Positions 7,660 through 15,909 of a stretch of DNA of 19,651 nt are shown here, piece after piece; position 1 is the stretch's first letter, and each line of letters starts with the position of its first letter. Below the pieces are notes generated by a model. It was not told the origin of the DNA. It was given only the letters and a program-made list of their open reading frames with translations, and made no database searches. Source of the stretch: Anaerolineae bacterium (GTDB lineage: Bacteria; Chloroflexota; Anaerolineae; SpSt-313); the NCBI GenBank assembly GCA_034436375.1, contig DAOTVS010000329.1, positions 1 to 19,651 of the forward strand. Direction: 5' to 3'. The position numbers and the translations under genes were made by a program.

Positions 7660-9003
7660 TTAGTGTGTGCTGATACGAATATCTCTGGCGATCTGTTCCA
7701 GAGTGCGGCGCCATGCCTCCCATTGCAGGGCGTCTGTAGGCATTTCGTTGGGCGACAGGGCCTCTTTGTAGGCGGTCGCCAGGGTATCCAGCGCCTTGGC
7801 CCACGCTTCGGCGCGCGCTGTGTCGATCTTTTGCACGGCCTCACCCTGGCGGTCTGCCACCCAGGTCCCTGTCGCCGCCTGCACGACCTCCTTTTCTGGT
7901 TGCACATTTTCGATGATGATCCTGTCGATCATCGTGCCGAAGGTCTGTGCGGCACGCCGGGCGCGCTGCAGCACCTGGCGCTCGAGATTGCGGTTATTCT
8001 GGGCTGCGCGCAGTTGGTTAAGATCCAGCCCCGCCACGATCGTGTGCACGCTCTCCGCCACGACGCTGTGTACGCCTCGCTGCCAATCGGGCATGAGCGA
8101 GTCTACCTTTTGGATCACGCTTTTTTCGGTATCATCAAAGGAGCCTGCCGGCGCTGGTTGATCCGGCCCCTGCTCCTGTTGCGAGCCCCTGCCTTTGTTG
8201 GCGTCCTCCGAAGCGCCCCCGCGAGCCGCGAGCGGCGAGATGTTAATGCGATAGGTCACCGCCATGACGATCGTGGTTGAGATCATGTCCTGCGTGAGGA
8301 CGTTGGGAAAGGTCCACTCCTCCTGCCGTGGCCGCAGGTCATAGATGCGTTTGATCTTCTCGGTGTGCTTGACTCCGGTCAGTTTGGCGGGGCCGCAGAT
8401 GCGCGTCTGTTTGCTCCCCTCCTCGAAAATGACGGCATTGTAGGGCTTGATGACGACCGTGCGCGGCGCTGTGGAGGATTTCTCCTTCATCGTGCTCCTG
8501 CCATCCTCGACCGTCTCTGTGACGTCGGCCACGCCGCGCAGGATCCTCCATTGATCCAGCATAGCGGCCCGCAGGCCTTTGTAAGAGCCGCGCGCAGCGC
8601 CGACCGTGAGCGTAAACATGATCAAGCCCGAAAGCGTGGCCAGGATGAGCCCCGGCAGGCCAAAGAGCCACAGGACAGCCGATAGCCAGATGGCGATGAT
8701 CGCCCCCGCCCACCTGGCCTGCGCGCCCCTGGTGCTGGAAAGGCTTATCGCGAGGAGGGCGCAGAAGAAAGCGAACGCGACAGCCCAACCAGGGAGTGGA
8801 GCGGCTTGGGCCTCGTCGGGGGCGTCCATGGTCGTGGCCTCTGCTCTCGCGCTCGGCATCGGGGGGGCAGTTGCGGTGTGAGCAGCAGCCACAGTTTGCG
8901 TTGGGCCAGGGGGTGTTGCGGGCGCGGGCTCTTGCCACAGTGTGACGATCACCGCGATGGCGAGCATCGCAACTGTGATGAGCACGATACGCGTTGTCTT
9001 CAT
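7660..9003 (-). CDS. SPFH/band-7 (stomatin/prohibitin/flotillin-like) domain membrane protein with an extended multi-TM N-terminus and a Pro/Ala-rich linker
   Basis: 447-aa ORF. SPFH-like core (VVIKPYNAVIFEEG...RICGPAKLTGVKHTEKIKRIYDLRPRQ...ISTTIVMAVTYRI) followed by a coiled-coil-like C-terminus. The N-terminus has 1 + 3 predicted TM helices. AGGAGA SD 10 nt upstream of ATG 9003. Confidence 0.6.
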   Translation of the reverse strand: MKTTRIVLITVAMLAIAVIVTLWQEPAPATPPGPTQTVAAAHTATAPPMPSARAEATTMDAPDEAQAAPLPGWAVAFAFFCALLAISLSSTRGAQARWAGAIIAIWLSAVLWLFGLPGLILATLSGLIMFTLTVGAARGSYKGLRAAMLDQWRILRGVADVTETVEDGRSTMKEKSSTAPRTVVIKPYNAVIFEEGSKQTRICGPAKLTGVKHTEKIKRIYDLRPRQEEWTFPNVLTQDMISTTIVMAVTYRINISPLAARGGASEDANKGRGSQQEQGPDQPAPAGSFDDTEKSVIQKVDSLMPDWQRGVHSVVAESVHTIVAGLDLNQLRAAQNNRNLERQVLQRARRAAQTFGTMIDRIIIENVQPEKEVVQAATGTWVADRQGEAVQKIDTARAEAWAKALDTLATAYKEALSPNEMPTDALQWEAWRRTLEQIARDIRISTH

Positions 9004-9081
9004 AGGACAGCATTCTCCTGCCCAGGCCAGGGTGGGCTTGCTCGGGACGAGGAGGATAGCCGATACCGTGGGATACTGTCT

Positions 9082-9110
9082 ATGATAACCCTTGCTGCAA
9101 CCTGTGTCAA
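9082..9110 (-). promoter_or_regulatory. Strong sigma-70-type promoter (minus strand): -35 TTGACA (9110->9105), 17-nt spacer, -10 TATCAT (9087->9082). It is ~75 nt upstream of the SPFH start.
   Basis: Reverse complement of 9080-9112 reads TTGACAcaggttgcagcaagggtTATCAT. Confidence 0.45.
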
Positions 9111-9294
9111 TTGCAGATCGTAGGGTGGGGTGTCATGGGTTAGCGCCGCCACAGGTGGATCGGGGCCGCGCTTGTGCGGAGCATATCAGCCGGCAACCGC
9201 CCGGAAGGGCCGTGGCGCTATTGGCAAGTCGGCGGGCAGCCAGGAGGCCAGCCTTTCCCCGGCCCTCCGGGCTGCCCGCCTGCCGGTGCCGGTG

Positions 9295-10464
9295 CTACCG
9301 CACCTCCACCACTTGGCCCGTCTGCGACGACTCGACAATGGCCGTTACGATCTGCGCCTGTTTGAGCCCGTCCACATGCGTGGGGAGTGGTCCGTTGCCC
9401 TGCCAGCCCTGGGGCTCCAGAGTCCCCTGCAGGATCGAATTGATCACCGGGCCGATGAGCGACATGAGGTTGCCACCGATGCCGGTGCGCTCTTCCAGAG
9501 CCGGCGAGAGCTGCCCACCGCCTGCCGCCAGTTGGCCAGTGCTCGGGTCCGGCCGGTGCAACAGCGCGGCCACGTTCACACCCATGGCCAGCAGGGCGTT
9601 CTGATGCGCGAGCAGTTGCTCGGGCGTTGTGCTGCGGGCCACATTGGCGCGCCAGCCCGAATCGGTGCCAAAGCCGCCGCGCTTGTTGTAGATGAGCGTG
9701 CCCTCGCTGCCCGAGAAGCACTGGTAGAACTCGACCAGCCCGTCCATGTGCTTGATCCACTCAGCCTTGACGCGCACCTTGAGCCCGCTGTCAAAGGTCA
9801 AAAAGGCATCGTACACGTCGGGGGTAAAGCCCAGCACCTGCTGCTGCGCAAAGGCATAGACCTCCGCCACCTCTGCGGGCGCCAGGTACCAGCGCAGGAG
9901 GTCTACCACGTGGCTGAGCAAAAAGTGGGCGGTGGAGGAGCCCGATGCCCACTCTTTGCTGCGGTTGCCCCACAGTGCAAGCGGCACGCTGATGTTGTCG
10001 TCGAGGCGCGACTCGGCGTGCACCACGCGCCCCAACAGGCCCTGCTGAATGACATAGTGGGTGGCGATATCCAGCGGCGCCGCCCGGTTGGCAAAGTTGA
10101 TGTAAAAGCGCGCGCCGTGCTTTTCCACCGCCTCGTAGATGGCCTCGGCATCCTCGCGGGTGGTGGCCAGGGGCTTTTCCTGGATGATATTGGGCACTCC
10201 CGCCTCAATGGCCGCCACAGTCGGCGCCCGGTGCAGGGGGTCGGGCGTGGCCACAGCCACCACATCGAGCGCATGCTTACGCAGCATCTCTTCATAGTCG
10301 GTATAGGCCTGCGCCCCCACCTCGGCCGCCACGCGCTCCGCCGCCTCGGCACGCACATCGGCCACCGCGACCACCTCGACAGCCGGATGCTGCCGGAAAA
10401 AGCGGGCATACTCGCTGCCCAGAATGCCCAGGCCGATCACACCGGCCTTGAGTTGCTTGCTCAT
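9295..10464 (-). CDS. Gfo/Idh/MocA-family NAD(P)-dependent oxidoreductase
   Basis: N-terminal Rossmann motif KAGVIGLGILGSEYARFF...VVAVADV and the family EKP motif (NIIQEKPLATT). Start ATG 10464 is preceded by GGGAGGAG. The ORF-track ORF extends to 10689 without support. A small hairpin CCCGG-CCCT-CCGGG at 9257-9270 lies downstream of the stop. Confidence 0.8.
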   Translation of the reverse strand: MSKQLKAGVIGLGILGSEYARFFRQHPAVEVVAVADVRAEAAERVAAEVGAQAYTDYEEMLRKHALDVVAVATPDPLHRAPTVAAIEAGVPNIIQEKPLATTREDAEAIYEAVEKHGARFYINFANRAAPLDIATHYVIQQGLLGRVVHAESRLDDNISVPLALWGNRSKEWASGSSTAHFLLSHVVDLLRWYLAPAEVAEVYAFAQQQVLGFTPDVYDAFLTFDSGLKVRVKAEWIKHMDGLVEFYQCFSGSEGTLIYNKRGGFGTDSGWRANVARSTTPEQLLAHQNALLAMGVNVAALLHRPDPSTGQLAAGGGQLSPALEERTGIGGNLMSLIGPVINSILQGTLEPQGWQGNGPLPTHVDGLKQAQIVTAIVESSQTGQVVEVR

Positions 10465-10518
10465 CGGTCTCCTCCCTATGGTGATCCCATTCTGATACGT
10501 CCGTGCCGTGCAACCTGC

Positions 10519-10593
10519 ATTATACGAGCAGCCTGCCTTTCCGACGAACGGCCCTTCGGTTGCATTTGCCTCTGCGGGCTCGCGTGGTATGAT
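10519..10593. promoter_or_regulatory. Divergent promoter region. Plus strand: -35 TTGCCT (10566-10571), 16-nt spacer, extended -10 TGgTATGAT (10585-10593) for the histidine kinase. Minus strand: perfect TATAAT (10524->10519) for the oxidoreductase.
   Basis: Hexamers read directly. Perfect AT-rich hexamers are rare in this GC-rich DNA. Confidence 0.4.
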
Positions 10594-10688
10594 GTTGCTC
10601 AGCGCATGCATTCTGGGAGCAGGGGATGGGAGCGTGTCACCACTCCGGCCCGCATGGCATGGCACTCGCTTAGCTTGAGGAGCGGTCA

Positions 10689-12932
10689 ATGGTTGCTAGG
10701 GAAAATGTGGCCGTCTCGGAGGCGCAGTCGGACTTGCGCTGGATGCTGGGGCAGTTGCGGGAACAGGCCGTTATGGCGGCCCTGGCTGCTCTCTATGTCG
10801 CTGGGATTCTCATCCTGGTGGCTGCGCCGCGGGCGACCACGATGGCGCAGGGTGTGTTGACGGGGTTCCTGTCTCTTATTGTGGGGGCAGCGGTATGGCT
10901 GGCACGCCGCAATCACTCTGTCTCGGCTTGGTTGATGGTGGGCGGCTGTGTGCTCGTAGTGCTCCTGACCGCGGCAGTCGAGCGGGTACCCGCGGCCGTC
11001 GTGCTGCTCATCCTGCCGGCAGGTCTGGCCGTGTTGGCGGTGGGCATTGCGGGCGGCCTCGTGACAGCGCTTCTTTGCAGTGTCCTCCTGCTCTTCCTGC
11101 CGGCGACGTCTCTGCCGGTCGGCGGGGACTTGCGCTTGGTGACCGGGCTCGCCGTCTGGGCCGTGGTGGGCATGATCTCGCTGGCGTTGCGCCTGTTGCT
11201 CACGGCCCTGGAGTGGTCCTGGGCCAGCTACCGCGAGAGCCACGGCCTGCTCGAACGTGCCCGAGACACCCACGTGCAACTCAAACAGGCACTTGCCGAT
11301 CTGACCGACGCCAACCTGCAGCTCACGCGCTTGAACCGGCTGACCCAAGCGCTCCGTCAGGCCGCCGAGGATGCGCGGCATGCCTCCGAGACTTTTGTGG
11401 CCAACGTATCTCACGAGTTGCGCACGCCCCTGAACATGATCATTGGTTTCAGCGAGATGATTCTGGATGCGCCGACTGCCTATGGCTGCAACTTGCCCGC
11501 GTCCTTGCTCGCCGATCTTGAGATTGTGCTGCGCAATAGCCAACACCTCTCCGGCTTGATCGACGACGTATTGGACCTGAGCCAGATCGAGGCCGGCCAG
11601 GTGGCACTGACCCGGGAGCGGGTAGTGCTGGCTGAGGTTGTGGATGCGGCGCTGGTGGCCGTGCGCCCTCTGTTCGAATCCAAAGGCCTGTACCTGGAGG
11701 CGGAGATTGACCCCGACCTGACCGCCTTTTGCGACCGTACGCGCATCCGTGAGGTGATCCTCAACCTGCTTTCCAATGCCGGGCGCTTTACAGAGCGCGG
11801 GGGCGCCCGGTTGCGCGCCTGGCGCGAGGGGGGTGATGCTGTGGTCAGCGTGACTGACTCTGGACCGGGCATCGCCGATGAGGACAAGGATAAGGTGTTC
11901 CGCCCCTTTCAGCAACTCGATGGCTCGCTGCGGCGGCGCTATGGCGGCTCGGGCCTGGGCCTCTCTATCAGCAGGAGCTTTGTGGAGATGCATGGCGGCA
12001 AAATGGGCTTCGAGAGTGAGCTCAGCGTCGGCACAACCTTTTACTTCCGCTTGCCGATAGAGCCGCCGACGCCAATCGTTGGGCCGCCCACACGCTGGCT
12101 AAGCGCTGAGTGGCACTATGAGGAGCGGACGCGACGCCCGCTGCCTGCGGCGCTGGCGGTGCGCCCCCGTTTTGTGCTGGTGGAAACGGGCACCTCGCTG
12201 CGGCGCCTGCTTGCCCGCTACTGGGATGAGGTCGAGCTGGTGCCGGCCGGCAGCCTTGAAGAGGGGCTGCACGAGTTGGCACGTGTGCCGGGGCAGGGGC
12301 TTTTGGTTAACGATACACGCGTAGGCGAGGTGTTGCAGCGCCTCAGCGCCTCCGACCTGCCTTACGGCACGCCGATTATGGTCTGCTCGGTGCCTGGCCT
12401 GGCTGAGGCAGCGCATGCCTTGGGGGCACTGCAATACCTGGTCAAGCCGGTGGCGCGTGAAGACTTGCTGGGGGCGCTGGACGACCTTTCTTTGGTAGGA
12501 AAGACCGTACTGATCGTGGATGATGAGCCCGATGCCCAGAGACTTTTCTGGCGGATGCTCTCTACGTCGGGGCGTGGCTACCGGGTTCTCACTGCCGGCA
12601 ATGGCCGTGAAGCCCTGTCGATCCTGCGCGGTGACCAGCCCGATGTGGTATTGCTGGATCTGGTCATGCCCGATATGGACGGTTTCCAATTGTTGGCGAC
12701 AATGCGCAATGATCCGGCCCTTTGCGCCATCCCGACGGTAGTCATCTCCGCACAAGATCCGACGGGTCAGCCTATCATCACTAACACCTTGACTGTTACG
12801 CGCCGCGGGGGGCTTTCGGCGCCGCAGCTCCTGGCCTGCTTGCAGGGGCTGACTCAGATCCTCTCGACGGGCGGGCCATCTCGCGGTCCAGAGCCGCCAG
12901 CAGCGCCGAGCGACTCACCGGCTTGCGTATGA
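10689..12932 (+). CDS. Hybrid sensor histidine kinase / response regulator. Contains ~5 N-terminal TM helices, a coiled coil, HisKA (H-box VSHELRTPLN), HATPase_c, a degenerate receiver-like domain, and a C-terminal receiver domain (VLIVDDEPD...VVLLDLVMPDMDG).
   Basis: 747-aa ORF. ATG 10689 preceded by GAGGAG. Domain motifs read from the translation. Confidence 0.85.
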   Translation: MVARENVAVSEAQSDLRWMLGQLREQAVMAALAALYVAGILILVAAPRATTMAQGVLTGFLSLIVGAAVWLARRNHSVSAWLMVGGCVLVVLLTAAVERVPAAVVLLILPAGLAVLAVGIAGGLVTALLCSVLLLFLPATSLPVGGDLRLVTGLAVWAVVGMISLALRLLLTALEWSWASYRESHGLLERARDTHVQLKQALADLTDANLQLTRLNRLTQALRQAAEDARHASETFVANVSHELRTPLNMIIGFSEMILDAPTAYGCNLPASLLADLEIVLRNSQHLSGLIDDVLDLSQIEAGQVALTRERVVLAEVVDAALVAVRPLFESKGLYLEAEIDPDLTAFCDRTRIREVILNLLSNAGRFTERGGARLRAWREGGDAVVSVTDSGPGIADEDKDKVFRPFQQLDGSLRRRYGGSGLGLSISRSFVEMHGGKMGFESELSVGTTFYFRLPIEPPTPIVGPPTRWLSAEWHYEERTRRPLPAALAVRPRFVLVETGTSLRRLLARYWDEVELVPAGSLEEGLHELARVPGQGLLVNDTRVGEVLQRLSASDLPYGTPIMVCSVPGLAEAAHALGALQYLVKPVAREDLLGALDDLSLVGKTVLIVDDEPDAQRLFWRMLSTSGRGYRVLTAGNGREALSILRGDQPDVVLLDLVMPDMDGFQLLATMRNDPALCAIPTVVISAQDPTGQPIITNTLTVTRRGGLSAPQLLACLQGLTQILSTGGPSRGPEPPAAPSDSPACV

Positions 12933-14118
12933 AAGCGGCCGCCCCCAGCGATAGCGCTAGCTGCTCCTGTGGCAGGATCGTGCAGACGATCACGGGCACT
13001 CCCGTCGTCTGCGGATGCTCGCGCAGCCTACCCAGCAACTCCCAGCCGTCTATGCCGGGCAGCATCACATCGAGCACGATGATCCGGGGAGCGAGTTCGC
13101 GGGCCAGCGCAAGCGCCTGTGCGGGGTCGCGAGCGCCCATGAACGGGTAGCGGGTGCCGGCCAGGTAGCGCTGGAAGAGGTGCAAGGTATCCGCATTGTC
13201 ATCGATCACCAGCACCGCTGCCTGCTCGGCGATGGGCAACGCCAGGATGGCCTTGAAGGGCTGGGATCCGGCTTCATCGGGCACGATCGACAGGACTCCT
13301 CCTGAGAGCCCTACCAGCTGGCGGGCCATCTCCAGGTTGTCGAGCACGTCGCCTGTAGCCGGCCCCATGTCGCCGTGATGGGAGGTAGGGGTAATGCGAA
13401 TCAGCGCCTGATGCTCTTGCTCCTCGATCTCGATGCGGATCGTGCCGCCGGGCACGGCGCGAATAGCCGCGGTGAGGATGTTCAGGCAGGCCTGGCGCAG
13501 TGATGCTACCTGCACAGCTACGCGAGGCAGACCCTGCGGCAGCGCACAGTCGATTCGCACCTGCAAGGCACGGGTGAGTGGTATCACGATCTGGAGCAGC
13601 CCATCGATCAACCCCTGTACGTCCGCAGCTTCGTTGGGCAGGGTCTTTTCCAGCCATTGCAATTCTTCCTCACGGCTGGGGATGGCCTCCGCGTCGCTAG
13701 GCTCATCGCTTGCGCCATTCTCGCTCTCTTCACCCAACAGGGCATCCAGGTGCAGATCATAGTGCACGGCCAAGTAATCGGCCAGCACGCGCAAGGCCAG
13801 GCTCTCCTGGCGGCGCATCTGGCGCAGGCTCAGCCCCAGGGTTGTCGCTACCTCTTGTTGGCTGAACTGATCGACGTAGCGGTGAGTGAGTGTGCGGTAG
13901 GAGCGCCATTCGCTCGATTGCAGCGAGGCATCGGCATCCGGCTTGAGTGCCTCGATGGCTTCGATCAACACCTTGCGCAGCCTGGATGGGCTTTCCTGGG
14001 GCTGCAGGCGGAGCAGTGGCCACAGCGGGCTGGCACGAAGGGCTGCCGGATCGTAGAGGTGCAGCATTGTCCTCCGTAGCGCCCGCAGAAAGGAAACTTC
14101 GGGGGGATTCTCATTCAT
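12796..14118 (-). CDS. Atypical regulator. N-terminal sigma-70-region-4-like HTH (FSQQEVATTLGLSLRQMRRQESLALRVL), a central degenerate GHKL/HATPase-like domain (N-box LNILTAAIRA, no H-box), and a C-terminal receiver domain (VLVIDDNADT...IIVLDVMLPGIDG...FIRKP).
   Basis: Part of ORF 12796..14505 (minus strand). Start assigned to ATG 14118 (MNENPP...), with GGAGAGG ~14 nt upstream. An alternative start at 14268 is possible. Confidence 0.6.
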   Translation of the reverse strand: MNENPPEVSFLRALRRTMLHLYDPAALRASPLWPLLRLQPQESPSRLRKVLIEAIEALKPDADASLQSSEWRSYRTLTHRYVDQFSQQEVATTLGLSLRQMRRQESLALRVLADYLAVHYDLHLDALLGEESENGASDEPSDAEAIPSREEELQWLEKTLPNEAADVQGLIDGLLQIVIPLTRALQVRIDCALPQGLPRVAVQVASLRQACLNILTAAIRAVPGGTIRIEIEEQEHQALIRITPTSHHGDMGPATGDVLDNLEMARQLVGLSGGVLSIVPDEAGSQPFKAILALPIAEQAAVLVIDDNADTLHLFQRYLAGTRYPFMGARDPAQALALARELAPRIIVLDVMLPGIDGWELLGRLREHPQTTGVPVIVCTILPQEQLALSLGAAAFIRKPVSRSALLAALDREMARPSRGSESAPASRPGAAAPKAPRGA

Positions 14119-14185
14119 CGTGACCACATGGCCTCTCCGTGGCCTCTTTTTGGCCTGCACTTGCAGACAGGTACCGATTGGAGTG

Positions 14186-14210
14186 TTATACTGTACAGCA
14201 TACTGTACCA
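14186..14210. promoter_or_regulatory. Operator-like element in the divergent promoter region: direct repeat ATACTGTAC x2 (14188-14196, 14200-14208) with embedded perfect palindrome CTGTACAG (14191-14198). It overlaps a -10-like TATACT.
   Basis: Read directly. It lies between the divergent regulator (start 14118) and the ABC operon (start 14303). Confidence 0.45.
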
Positions 14211-14302
14211 CTTTGAGCGGTAGCTGGCAAGACGCCTCAGAGTGCGCATTGTACGGGCAAAGGGCCATTGGGCCCGGTTTCTCGAAAGGAGATGGATATC
14301 CG

Positions 14303-15781
14303 ATGGAACCCAAGAAGCTATCGCGGCGTGATTTCCTCCGTTGGAGTGCTCTGCTGGCCGGGGTAGCCACCCTGGCAGCCTGTGCACCAGCCAAGCCGAC
14401 AGAGTTGCCCACGGTGGCCGCGAGCGCGGCGAGCGCCACCACCGCCCCCGAAGCGACGGCTGCCTCGGCCGAGCCAACGGGGACCCAGGCTGCCGAGCCC
14501 ACCACAGCCCCGGCGACCGAGGCACCCTCTTTGGCTGGCGAGATCGAGTATTTCTCCTATGATCTGGGGCCGGCCAACAAATCGCGCGAGGAGATTGCCA
14601 ATGCCTTCCAGGCGGCCAACCCCGGCAGCAAAGTCAAGCTCACGGTCCTGCCCTATGGCGATAACTGGAACAAACTGGCCGCACTCATGGCTGCCGGCAC
14701 CCCGCCTGATGTGATCTATGGCGATTTCTCCCTCCTCAAGTATGCCCTGGCCGGCCAGCTGCTCGATCTGACGGAGCAGTTCAATGCCGATCCGGTGCTG
14801 AGCAAGCCCGACCTCTTCACCATGGATATGCGTGATCCCATCCAGGCCAAGTTTGGCACATCGCATCTCTATAATCTCGTCCTGGGCACCTGGGTCCCTG
14901 TGTTGTATTACAACCGCGACATCTTCGATGCTGCCAGCCAGTCCTATCCAGACGACAAGTGGACTTGGGAGGATCTGCGGGCCGTCGCCAAGAAGCTGAC
15001 GGATCCAGCCAAGCAGCAGTGGGGTGTGCAGTTCGGTACCACCCTCGACACCGTCGGCTGGCTCTGGTGGCAGCACCAACCCAAGGATTTCTGGGCAATC
15101 CCCCAGATCTTCCCCGAAAAGACCGATTTCAACAACGAGGTTGGGCTGGACGTCTTCTCCTTCTGGTATAACCTGGGCTCACAGGACAAGTCTGCTGTGC
15201 CGTTTTCTGAGATGGGGTCTTTCCAAGCCTACGGCGCTGCCTTTGGCGCCGGCAAAGCGGCTATGGTTATTGGCGGCGATTGGGATGCCGGCTGGGGGTA
15301 CCGCGAGCTGCCCTTCAAGTGGGGCGTGACCTACCTGCCCACCGTCAAGAAAGACTACCGGCCAGCCCTCAACTGCATGGTGGCCACCTCGACCATTGCG
15401 GCCGCCACCAAGCAGCCGGCACTGGCCTGGCAGTTCGCCCGCTTTATGTCGGCGTCGACCGAAGGCCAGACCCTGATCGGTGAGGGCGCCTACGAGACCC
15501 CCGTGCTCAAGGACGTCGCCCATTCCGACGCCGTTCTCAAGCCAAGTTGGGGGGCACCGGGATATGACGTGCGCGTCAAGGCGGCGGAGTTGCCGGGGCC
15601 TATGTACTGCCCCTATCCGCTGGACATGGATCTGTGGGAGTTCCCCTCCAAGCACTTCGATCCGACCGTGCAAAAGCTCTCGACAGGCGAGATGAAGCCC
15701 GAAGAGGCTGTGGCCTATCTCGACAAAGAAGGCACCCCCTACTTTGCCGAGATGACGAAGAACATGCCGCCCATCAAGTGA
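14303..15781 (+). CDS. ABC transporter substrate-binding lipoprotein (extracellular solute-binding family 1 / CUT1-type) with a Tat/lipoprotein signal (RRDFLRWSALLAGVATLAAC)
   Basis: ATG 14303 preceded by AAGGAG (11 nt upstream). Signal peptide with twin-arginine motif and lipobox Cys. A Thr/Ala/Pro-rich linker follows. The remaining ~440 aa are typical of family-1 SBPs. Confidence 0.85.
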   Translation: MEPKKLSRRDFLRWSALLAGVATLAACAPAKPTELPTVAASAASATTAPEATAASAEPTGTQAAEPTTAPATEAPSLAGEIEYFSYDLGPANKSREEIANAFQAANPGSKVKLTVLPYGDNWNKLAALMAAGTPPDVIYGDFSLLKYALAGQLLDLTEQFNADPVLSKPDLFTMDMRDPIQAKFGTSHLYNLVLGTWVPVLYYNRDIFDAASQSYPDDKWTWEDLRAVAKKLTDPAKQQWGVQFGTTLDTVGWLWWQHQPKDFWAIPQIFPEKTDFNNEVGLDVFSFWYNLGSQDKSAVPFSEMGSFQAYGAAFGAGKAAMVIGGDWDAGWGYRELPFKWGVTYLPTVKKDYRPALNCMVATSTIAAATKQPALAWQFARFMSASTEGQTLIGEGAYETPVLKDVAHSDAVLKPSWGAPGYDVRVKAAELPGPMYCPYPLDMDLWEFPSKHFDPTVQKLSTGEMKPEEAVAYLDKEGTPYFAEMTKNMPPIK

Positions 15782-15789
15782 TCGCCTAT

Positions 15790-15824
15790 GGTGGGAGGTG
15801 GGGCGGGCTGCCCCATCTCCCACC
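15790..15824 (+). terminator. GC-rich stem-loop GGTGGGAG-GTGGGGC-GGGC-TGCCCCAT-CTCCCACC immediately 3' of the SBP gene
   Basis: Inverted repeat read directly. No T-tract. The position (between the SBP and permease genes) is typical of intra-operon attenuators that set SBP:permease stoichiometry. Confidence 0.3.
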
Positions 15825-15909
15825 ACCACCACCGGCGGCCGGCCGGCAGGGATGCGCCTGGCCCGTGGCGACGCCCTCTGGCCGGTTGCTGGAGCTCGAG
15901 GAGGCAAGT

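Noticed and set aside
7102-9003. Genomic island integrated at tRNA-Sec (selC-type insertion)
   Set aside because: No integrase, no recognisable direct repeat of the tRNA 3' end, and GC content of the flanks matches the rest of the window. The suspicion is retained only as a low-priority synteny check.
10465-10689. Upstream part of ORF 9295..10689 (minus strand) as the oxidoreductase N-terminus
   Set aside because: The Rossmann fold begins right after the internal ATG 10464, which has a GGGAGGAG SD. The upstream 75 codons contain promoter-like TATAAT/TATGAT elements and no domain.
9130-10860. Long ORFs on the opposite strand of clear genes (e.g. 9130..10860 plus strand 576 aa, 564..1286 plus strand, 5787..6632 plus strand, 1500..2153 plus strand, 14318..15079 minus strand)
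   Set aside because: They lie antisense to genes with recognisable domains. Their Arg/Gly/Pro/His-rich compositions are typical of stop-codon-poor antisense frames in high-GC DNA. They have no SD or family signatures.
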